Assembly (NCBI GenBank): GCA_009784525.1
Contig: WRBM01000004.1
Coordinates: 13,083 to 77,082 of the forward strand
Origin: Erysipelotrichales bacterium
GTDB lineage: Bacteria; Bacillota_I; Bacilli_A; Acholeplasmatales; WRBM01
Direction: 5' to 3'
DNA length: 64,000 nt
In this document: positions 57,092-64,000 of the stretch, piece after piece
Layout of the letters: each line of letters begins with the position of its first letter
How positions within the stretch are numbered: the first letter of the stretch is position 1
Notes under the pieces: model-generated
Database searches by the model: none
Seen by the model: the letters and a program-made list of their open reading frames with translations, nothing else
What the model was told of the DNA's origin: nothing
Program-made: the position numbers and the translations under genes

Positions 57092-58117
57092 ATGTTCAAT
57101 AAAAAAATGCTTTTCTTAGGATTATTATTAGTTTGCTCAATGTCTTTAATTGCGTGTCAAAATAAACACATTACCTTATCGGAAACGGAATTAATTATTG
57201 AAATAGGAGAGGAAGTCGTTATAAATGCTAACTCTTCGTCCAATGATTTAATTTGGAGTTCATCAGCTAATGAAATAGCGATTTATAGAGCTGGTAAAAT
57301 TATTGGTTTAAGTGAGGGAACGGCAATAATAAAAGTAGCTATTAATGATGCTTTACATGTTTATGCTAAATGTATCGTTACAGTTTTGCCGGAAGAAGAG
57401 TTTATAATCACTTATAATTTAAAGAACGGCATAACAGAAAATCCAACATTATTTACAAGGAATATGCTTCCTCTTAAGTTGTTTCCAGCTCAAAAAGCTA
57501 ATTATGATTTCTTAGGATGGTATTTAGAACCAAACTTTTTAACTAACATAACCGAAATAACAAAACCAAGTAATATTAGGCTTTACGCCCGTTGGCAAAC
57601 TAGCGAATTTGAAAAAGTAATAGATATTACTTATGAATTAAATGGTGGAATTAATCATCCTGATAATCCAAACTCAATCTATCTTAGTAATTTGCCGTTT
57701 GTTTTGTTGCCCGCCACAAAAGAAAGATATAACTTTTTAGGTTGGTTTGATAAAGCGGATCAAGAGGTTTTCTATATTGATGCAAATATAGTCAGTCCAC
57801 TACAAATTTTTGCGAGATGGGAAAGAAGGCCTACAAGAATAATCTATCATTTGAATGGTGGAATTAATCATCCAGATAATCCTCTGGAGTTCAGAGAATC
57901 TGATCTTCCGATTATCCTTTTTAATCCAACAAGAGAGGGTTATCAGTTTTTTGGTTGGTTTATTGATTTAGATTGTAGTGCTGGCTGGCCTGTAACTGAG
58001 ATTTTTTACGATTCTGGTTTCGATATAATTCTTTATGCCAATTGGGGACTAATTCATAATCCGGAAAACGAAGTTTATAAAGAAAGATGGGGAATTTATT
58101 TTATAAAATCTAATTAA
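57092..58117 (+). CDS. Lipoprotein with Big_2-like domain and Listeria-Bacteroides (flg_new) repeats
   Basis: ATG at 57092 after GGAGG. Signal peptide + lipobox LIAC. Repeated YDFLGWYLEPNF / YNFLGWFDKADQ / YQFFGWFIDLD motifs. Confidence 0.65.
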   Translation: MFNKKMLFLGLLLVCSMSLIACQNKHITLSETELIIEIGEEVVINANSSSNDLIWSSSANEIAIYRAGKIIGLSEGTAIIKVAINDALHVYAKCIVTVLPEEEFIITYNLKNGITENPTLFTRNMLPLKLFPAQKANYDFLGWYLEPNFLTNITEITKPSNIRLYARWQTSEFEKVIDITYELNGGINHPDNPNSIYLSNLPFVLLPATKERYNFLGWFDKADQEVFYIDANIVSPLQIFARWERRPTRIIYHLNGGINHPDNPLEFRESDLPIILFNPTREGYQFFGWFIDLDCSAGWPVTEIFYDSGFDIILYANWGLIHNPENEVYKERWGIYFIKSN

Positions 58118-58242
58118 CAAAGTACACTATTTAAATGAAATTTTTCTTTTTAGCAAAAAAATAAAGCGAATAATCGGACTAAAATTGTTTTTACAACTGA
58201 TTTATGATATAATTGTCCTAAAAAAGAAAGGATAAAAAAGCA

Positions 58243-58953
58243 ATGTTAAAAATAATAAATTTTTCTAAGAATTATCCAAACGGTAAGGTTGGTGCTAAAA
58301 ACATTAATCTGGAAATAAAAGCAGGTGATCTTTATGCTTTTATCGGTCATAATGGTGCAGGTAAAACTACCACGATTAAAGCAATCGTAGGGATTCACGA
58401 TTTAACATCAGGAGATATTCTCATGGATGAGATATCAGTAGTTAAAAATCCGATGGAAGTCAAAAAAAGACTAGCTTATATTCCTGATAATCCAGATGTT
58501 TATACAGCTTTGACAGGTATGCAGTATTTAAGTTTTATCGCTAACATCTTTAAAGTTAACAAAGAAACATTTAAAGCTTTAACGGAAAAATATGCGGCTG
58601 ATTTTGAGCTGACAAAAGATTTGAATAATCCAATCTCATCATACTCACACGGAATGCGTCAAAAAATTGTTTTGATTTCGGCTTTAATTCACCAGCCAAA
58701 GCTCTTGATTCTTGATGAACCTTTTGTTGGCTTAGACCCAAAAGCGGCGTTCACATTAAAAACTATTATGAAAGAGCACTGTGAAAAAGGTGGCGCTATT
58801 TTCTTTTCTACTCATGTTTTGGATGTTGCGGAAAAACTTTGTAATAAAGTGGCGATCATCAAGGCTGGAGAAATCATCGCTGATGGATTAATGGATGATA
58901 TTAAAAAAGACTCCAGTCTGGAAGCTATCTTTTTGGAGAATTCCAATGCGTAA
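58243..58953 (+). CDS. ABC transporter ATP-binding protein (ABC-2 type)
   Basis: GHNGAGKTT, YSHGMRQK, LILDEPFVGLD. Confidence 0.9.
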   Translation: MLKIINFSKNYPNGKVGAKNINLEIKAGDLYAFIGHNGAGKTTTIKAIVGIHDLTSGDILMDEISVVKNPMEVKKRLAYIPDNPDVYTALTGMQYLSFIANIFKVNKETFKALTEKYAADFELTKDLNNPISSYSHGMRQKIVLISALIHQPKLLILDEPFVGLDPKAAFTLKTIMKEHCEKGGAIFFSTHVLDVAEKLCNKVAIIKAGEIIADGLMDDIKKDSSLEAIFLENSNA

Positions 58954-60511
58954 TCTATTAATCTTAATTGCTAATAATTTTAATATTTTAGTTGGTACAA
59001 TGCTCGGTCAAAGAGGACGAACTGATAAAAACAGAAGTATTGTTGTTATTTCATTGTTAATCTTAGCCTTTTTCGTCATATCATTTTTCATTGGTTGGCA
59101 AGCTTTTATGCTTTTTGGTAGCTTAGAAGGTTATGAAAAACTAGTATTCTTCAACGGTTTTATGCTGGTATTGATTATTGTTCTTTTTTTATCTGTAATG
59201 AAAATTTCCGGACTATCTTATACTAATAATAATGATGCGGATTTACTTTTATCATTACCGATTAAAAGAACAACAATCGTAGCTTCAAAGGCTTTTACAA
59301 AATACCTTTTTGATTTAGCTTTTGTATTCCCGTTACTATTTCCTTACTTTGTGGCTTATCAAATACAAGTCGGTATTTCACCTATGATTTTAATAGCTGG
59401 GACTATATCGGTATTGATTATTCCATTATTATCTGTTGGTCTTACTTATGTTCTGGATTTTTTAATTAGTCGTCTTTTCAATAAGAGTCGTTTTGCCTCA
59501 TTGTTTAAGACTTTTATCATTTTGATTTTTCTAATAGGAATCATAATATTTTCATTTTTAAGTGGCATGCTTATTGAGAATATGGATCCTAATGATATTG
59601 ATGGATTTGTCAGAAGTGTCCCAGTCATTGGTTGGTTTACTGATTTTGTTTCTGATGGCTCGATTATTTCTTTAATTTGGATTATTTTATTAATCTTCCC
59701 AGTGACAGTGCTAGGCATTTGGCTATATGCGAAAACTTTTGGAAAAAATCTTGCGGGCTATCGCAATACAAATACAAAGCTTAACTTTTCTAATCAGCAA
59801 TCTGTTTTTACTAGTCTTTTATCTAAAGAGATTAAACGTTATCTTGGCTCACCAATGTGGGTAATTAATACTATTATTGGACCGCTATTTCTGATTATTG
59901 TCACAATTGTGATTGTTATTGCCGGAACTGAAGTACTTTTGCCATTTGTTGGTGGTATTGATATTTTTAATCCGATTTATCTGACACTTTTCTTTGCGGC
60001 AAGTGCAACTTTAACTTCAATCAGTGCTAGCTCGATTTCTTTAGAAGGTAAAAACCTTTGGATATTAAAGAGTATGCCAATTTCTGAGAATAAGATTTTT
60101 CTGGCTAAAGCAGCTTTAAACTTTCTTTTCTTCGCACCGGTTTCTTTAGTTTGTGGCTTATTTTTAGCTATTTCGCTTAACTTTAGCTTTCCAGAGACAC
60201 TGATGCTTTTAATTGTTCCGATTTTAATTAATGCGATTATGTCCTTTGCGGGTGTTTTGATTAATCTGTACTTACCAAAGCTCAACTGGCAATCAGAAAT
60301 GTCGGTAGTCAAAAATTCTAGTAGTGTACTAGTAACAATCTTTAGTGGTATAATTTTAATTATTTTAGGAGCTCCGATTTTATTTTTTATGCCAGAAGAT
60401 ACGTCAATTTGGCTTACAATTTTTTTATTAGTCCTTTTATACTCAATAATTTTAGCTGCAGTTTTAGGGATGTTAATGACAAAGGCTAAAAAATTATTTA
60501 GGGCTTTATAA
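58946..60511 (+). CDS. ABC-2 family permease (about 10 TM)
   Basis: ATG at 58946 overlaps the ATPase stop. Highly hydrophobic polytopic protein. Confidence 0.7.
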   Translation: MRNLLILIANNFNILVGTMLGQRGRTDKNRSIVVISLLILAFFVISFFIGWQAFMLFGSLEGYEKLVFFNGFMLVLIIVLFLSVMKISGLSYTNNNDADLLLSLPIKRTTIVASKAFTKYLFDLAFVFPLLFPYFVAYQIQVGISPMILIAGTISVLIIPLLSVGLTYVLDFLISRLFNKSRFASLFKTFIILIFLIGIIIFSFLSGMLIENMDPNDIDGFVRSVPVIGWFTDFVSDGSIISLIWIILLIFPVTVLGIWLYAKTFGKNLAGYRNTNTKLNFSNQQSVFTSLLSKEIKRYLGSPMWVINTIIGPLFLIIVTIVIVIAGTEVLLPFVGGIDIFNPIYLTLFFAASATLTSISASSISLEGKNLWILKSMPISENKIFLAKAALNFLFFAPVSLVCGLFLAISLNFSFPETLMLLIVPILINAIMSFAGVLINLYLPKLNWQSEMSVVKNSSSVLVTIFSGIILIILGAPILFFMPEDTSIWLTIFLLVLLYSIILAAVLGMLMTKAKKLFRAL

Positions 60512-60579
60512 AATAAAAATTGCAAATTTCTTGATTTTTTGCTATAATATTGCAAGGAATTAAGAAAGGAGCGAACTTA

Positions 60580-61035
60580 ATGGCTGATGTTCCAAAAAGC
60601 GGGATTGCCGCTGAATATTTTAAGAAGTATTTGATTTTTTGTGAGTACTTGCAAATTGATCCATCTCAGGAATATGATCTTAGCTATATCAGTAAACGAA
60701 TTAAAGGCGCTCTTGATAAATGGGATGAAGATGACAATGACTATGAGCGCAAAAAACTTGAAAAAAGTTTACATCACCTAGAAAAAAATTACAAAAGTTT
60801 TATCGGTTTTTGGTGTAAATTTTCCAAGAAGTGCCGCGATATGATTAAAAAAGGAAAACTGACTATACATCCTGAAACAGTAAATAATGATTATATCAAA
60901 AAAGGCTTGAGTCAGAGAAACTACGATTGTTATGCTAAGCAAAATCGTAAATCATTTAAAAGCATGTTGTTAAAATTTGCTGTTTGGACAATCATTTGTA
61001 TCCTGGCAATTTTATTTATTTTTATTATTTTGTAA
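60580..61035 (+). CDS. Hypothetical tail-anchored protein
   Basis: ATG at 60580 after AAAGGAG. C-terminal TM helix. Confidence 0.45.
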   Translation: MADVPKSGIAAEYFKKYLIFCEYLQIDPSQEYDLSYISKRIKGALDKWDEDDNDYERKKLEKSLHHLEKNYKSFIGFWCKFSKKCRDMIKKGKLTIHPETVNNDYIKKGLSQRNYDCYAKQNRKSFKSMLLKFAVWTIICILAILFIFIIL

Positions 61036-61054
61036 AAAAAAATGAGCAATTGGC

Positions 61055-61765
61055 TCATTTTTTCATTTCAATTATCGCATAAGGTTTTTCTTCGATATCA
61101 TTAAAAAGAATAAAACAATGATTATTCGAAATTAGGCGCTTTGGATAAAGAAGATCGCCAAATTTAGCAGCTCTTTTGTATTCGATTCTTAAGTGCTTTA
61201 CTTCAAAATCCAAAGGTAAAAGATTTAAGGCTTTTTCGATATAGCGAGCATTATTGACATGCTTATAAAAATCGATATCATTAAAAAGAATAGCTAGAGG
61301 TTCTAGTGTTTCGAATTTCTCATTAGGAAGGATTATCTTTTTATCAGCATATTCCACCATCGGCACTTTTTCATCATATGTAACGGAATTAACGATATCT
61401 TCCTGCAAACGAATTAGATTTCCTGCTTTTAAATTAATAAAAGCGCCAATTGTATAACATTTTAAACAAGGCTTATTATTTTCATCATAAATTACAGTAC
61501 TACGATGGCCAAAAAAACCTTTCATAAGATAAACACCTGATTTAGTAGTTAATTTCTCACCATAGAAAGGTCTTCTAATAACTTCTAATTGCCGAAATGT
61601 CAGAAAAACACCTGTTTCAGATTTCGTCATATAATCTTTCAGTATCTTTTCATTGTCTATCCAGCTATTAGCACAATCCTGCAAAAGGTCAACAGCAGAA
61701 ACTAATTTCATTTTTCCGTCATGACCGGCCTGGCTTAAACGGACTTCACTTTTAATAGTATACAT
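61055..61765 (-). CDS. Acyl-ACP thioesterase
   Basis: Tandem hot-dog folds. N-terminus MYTIKSEVRLSQAGHDGKMKL...DLLQDCA and C-terminal Y.HVNNARYIE..... are typical of the Acyl-ACP_TE family. Confidence 0.8.
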   Translation of the reverse strand: MYTIKSEVRLSQAGHDGKMKLVSAVDLLQDCANSWIDNEKILKDYMTKSETGVFLTFRQLEVIRRPFYGEKLTTKSGVYLMKGFFGHRSTVIYDENNKPCLKCYTIGAFINLKAGNLIRLQEDIVNSVTYDEKVPMVEYADKKIILPNEKFETLEPLAILFNDIDFYKHVNNARYIEKALNLLPLDFEVKHLRIEYKRAAKFGDLLYPKRLISNNHCFILFNDIEEKPYAIIEMKK

Positions 61766-61881
61766 TTTTTCACACCTATAGTAAAAATTATAATGATTAT
61801 CTGATGTTTTGTCAATAGAAAAATGATTTCAATTGACATATCTTTAGCTTTCAAGTATAATTCTAATTATAAGGAGATAAG

Positions 61882-62088
61882 ATGAGTAAACTAAAAGTAA
61901 ATATAGAAACTTTAGGCTGCAAAAGTTGCGAGATAACTATAGAGCAAATTATCTTAGAAATGCCAGGTGTTCAAGCAGTTAAAGCATCGGCTAAAAAAAA
62001 ACAAGTTATTATTGATTTTGATGAGAAGATTATTCAAAAAGAACAAATTATTGAAGCAATTACAGAAGCAGGGCATGAAATATTTTAA
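61882..62088 (+). CDS. Heavy-metal-associated (HMA) domain protein, CopZ-like
   Basis: 68 aa; GCKSCEITIE aligns with the HMA GMxCxxC motif (Cys pair retained) by eye. Confidence 0.5.
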   Translation: MSKLKVNIETLGCKSCEITIEQIILEMPGVQAVKASAKKKQVIIDFDEKIIQKEQIIEAITEAGHEIF

Positions 62089-62147
62089 TCTAAAAAGCCA
62101 GAGTTATTTCTGACTTTTTTCTTTTTGTAAAAAATTTACAGAAATTT

Positions 62148-62207
62148 GTTGACATAATATACAATGTATAATATAATAGAATAAACATAGCATACAATGT
62201 ATAATAT
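62148..62207 (+). promoter_or_regulatory. padR promoter (TTGACA-18-TATAAT) with two copies of the 16-bp palindromic motif ATACAATGTATAATAT
   Basis: Copies at 62158..62173 (overlapping -10) and 62192..62207. The ATACA-A-TGTAT core resembles the ATGT/ACAT PadR-type operators. Confidence 0.5.
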
Positions 62208-62235
62208 GAAAACCAAAGTTACATCAGGAGGATAA

Positions 62236-62553
62236 ATGGAAATTCAATTAAAAAAAGGTCTATTGGAAGCCTATGTACTTTCTATATTAAGAGAAGGACC
62301 AACTTATGGATATAAACTGTTTGATACCGTAGCTAAAGCGATAGAAATATCATCAAGCACACTTTATCCAATTTTAAGGAGACTGCAACAACAAGGTGTT
62401 TTAGAGACATATCAGGAACAGTCAATGGGAAGATTAAGGAATTATTATCGGATTACTGAATCCGGGCGAAAAAGATTGGAAGAATATAAAGTGATGTGCG
62501 CTGAAGTATTGGATTTAATTAAAGCAATTATGGAGGAAAATAATGATGAATAG
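62236..62553 (+). CDS. PadR-family transcriptional regulator
   Basis: LLEAYVLSILREGPTYGYKL...STLYPILRRLQQQGVLETY. Confidence 0.85.
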   Translation: MEIQLKKGLLEAYVLSILREGPTYGYKLFDTVAKAIEISSSTLYPILRRLQQQGVLETYQEQSMGRLRNYYRITESGRKRLEEYKVMCAEVLDLIKAIMEENNDE

Positions 62554-63895
62554 TCGGGATTTTATAAGCAAATTGGAAAGTAGTCTAAGAGGATTAGCAG
62601 AAAAAGACAAAAACGAAGTTCTTTTTTACTATGAAGAACTAATCTTTGGGATGATCGAAGAAGGTTACAGTGAGGAAGACGCAATACGGAGTCTGGGTTC
62701 GATTAATGAGATAATTGAAAAAATTCTGGAAAATCATAATATATCACTAATTGTTGAGCCGCATAAAGAATCTGTTGAGCCTGTATATTTTCCTAAAAAT
62801 TTTGGCCGGAAAACACAAAATATCAATATAAGTAAGATTACGAAACTTGCAATTAAATCTGCTTACTCGGATATCCGGTTTTTTAAACATTATGAAGATG
62901 AAATAAAAATTCGAAGTTTTAATAGCTTGTTTAGCAAAATAAACTTATCGAATAAAAATGATACGCTTTACATTAGTAGAAGCGCTAAACCTCATCTGAC
63001 ATATTTACTTGATATACCTTTAATGTTATTAGGTATATTTATAGTGGTATTTCTCTTAGGCGATTCTTTAAATTTTTGGTGGAGTGCCTTGATTGGTTTT
63101 GGAATTGGCTGTTCAGTAGCCAGCCTTAACAGATTATTTTTTATAACATCAAACTTTTTTAAGACTTATATTTATTTACCGGAAAATAAAAATTATAATA
63201 TTAATATTGATAGTCGTGCTGGTTCTTTTAAGTTTAATCAGTTGGCACTTGGAAATATTTATGCATCAGTTAAAAGCGGAAGTATTAAGTTTATTGATTC
63301 AAATGCCGGATCAGTTTATCTAAAAGCTACAGCCGGTTCATTAAAGTTTATTAATAACGACTTAGAAGCGCCACGTAAAGTTTCAGACATTACAGCGGTT
63401 GCGACAGCTGGAAGTATAAAAATCAGTAATCTAATTTGTGATAGCCTTTCGGCCCGCACTAAAAGTGGCTCAATCAAATTAAAGAAATTATTTTGTCAGA
63501 ATAAAATAGAGGCTTTTGCTACTTCAGGTTCTGTTAAAGGTCTTGAAGTAAAGGCCGAAGAAATAACATCGAAGGCAAAATCCGGTTCTGTTAAGTTCCG
63601 GGACTCAGTGATTAATGATTCTATTGATTTAGCTGTTACTAGCGGTAGCGTTAAGGTGAAAAGCACATGTTTTAAAAATGCTGTAGCTGTAGCTAATTCC
63701 GGATCAGTTAAATTTCTTCAGTTAAACGATTCAAGAAAGAACTATGATTTAGATTTAAAGTCTCTTAGTGGCAGTGTTAAAATCAAAGAGGTTGCGGGTA
63801 ATCATTTTAATGAAGTTAAAGAGGCTGCGGATGCGAAAAAATCGATTAAAGCCCGTGCTAGAAGTGGTTCTGTGAAAGTTACATTTTTAATATAG
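62543..63895 (+). CDS. DUF1700-like N-terminal domain + TM + DUF4097 (putative adhesin, beta-helix) repeats
   Basis: Overlaps the padR stop (the usual padR partner). At least 9 repeats of (A/S)GS(I/V/L)K(F/V/G). Confidence 0.7.
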   Translation: MMNSRDFISKLESSLRGLAEKDKNEVLFYYEELIFGMIEEGYSEEDAIRSLGSINEIIEKILENHNISLIVEPHKESVEPVYFPKNFGRKTQNINISKITKLAIKSAYSDIRFFKHYEDEIKIRSFNSLFSKINLSNKNDTLYISRSAKPHLTYLLDIPLMLLGIFIVVFLLGDSLNFWWSALIGFGIGCSVASLNRLFFITSNFFKTYIYLPENKNYNINIDSRAGSFKFNQLALGNIYASVKSGSIKFIDSNAGSVYLKATAGSLKFINNDLEAPRKVSDITAVATAGSIKISNLICDSLSARTKSGSIKLKKLFCQNKIEAFATSGSVKGLEVKAEEITSKAKSGSVKFRDSVINDSIDLAVTSGSVKVKSTCFKNAVAVANSGSVKFLQLNDSRKNYDLDLKSLSGSVKIKEVAGNHFNEVKEAADAKKSIKARARSGSVKVTFLI

Positions 63896-64000
63896 AAGAA
63901 CAAAACGAAAATAAATTTTCGATATGGGGCTGATGCCCCTTTTTTACGAAGTTACAGTTGAACTTGTAATCGTAAAGGTATTGTTAGACCGCTATTCCTC
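63896..64000. repeat. ~105-bp repeat element, copy 2 (inverted relative to 18478..18585). It also serves as the terminator of the preceding gene.
   Basis: On the + strand, GGGGCTGATGCCCC followed by TTTTT. The whole block is the reverse complement of copy 1. The window ends inside or at the edge of the element. Confidence 0.65.

Noticed and set aside
1-64000. Transposase, integrase or recombinase genes, phage structural genes, rRNA
   Set aside because: I read all long ORFs. None shows DDE, Tyr-recombinase (R..H..R..Y) or serine-recombinase motifs. The tRNA-adjacent islet therefore lacks a mobility gene within this window.

Overview
This 64-kb window looks like a segment of a low-GC Firmicutes-type chromosome read with the standard genetic code. 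GC is about 30-35% by eye; I could not compute it. Coding is dense and mostly on the + strand, with frequent lipoproteins. I recognised one tRNA, tRNA-Val(GAC), and found no rRNA, CRISPR array, transposase or integrase.

The housekeeping backbone is: the pncB 3' end, mgtE, a complete sufC-sufD-sufS-sufU-sufB operon, pgk-tpiA, rpsD, a flotillin/NfeD pair, thiI, a TrmH-family methyltransferase, def, an rsuA-like pseudouridine synthase, a MazG-like protein, a MOP-family flippase, a murF-like/ddl pair, a ylbD-ylbG-like small-gene cluster, an acyl-ACP thioesterase and a padR-DUF4097 pair.

The accessory or unusual content is:
- An OmpR response regulator + intramembrane-sensing histidine kinase + fused MacB/FtsX ABC transporter module. 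It is bracketed by two ~210-bp direct repeats (about 85% identical by eye) that each carry a strong TTGTTT-17-TGCTATAAT promoter.
- Two divergent Schlafen-like AlbA_2/COG2865 HTH proteins bracketing a tldD/tldE metalloprotease pair, with a perfect 15-bp palindrome ahead of the second one.
- A ~105-bp hairpin-containing repeat at 18.5 kb that recurs inverted at the window's 3' end.
- Tandem 30-bp direct repeats ahead of a DUF4143 AAA ATPase, next to two tandem 64-aa paralogs.
- A Mur-ligase (MurF-like) protein with a 4-TM N-terminal membrane domain.
- RCC1-repeat and Listeria-Bacteroides (flg_new) repeat lipoproteins.
- A short ComK-like gene.
- A very AT-rich islet next to the tRNA-Val. It holds a broken wHTH regulator and an S1 serine-protease-LRR (BspA-type) fusion that appears split from its signal-anchored N-terminal part by a -1 frameshift at a poly-A tract.

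All family assignments come from motif reading by eye, not from database searches.
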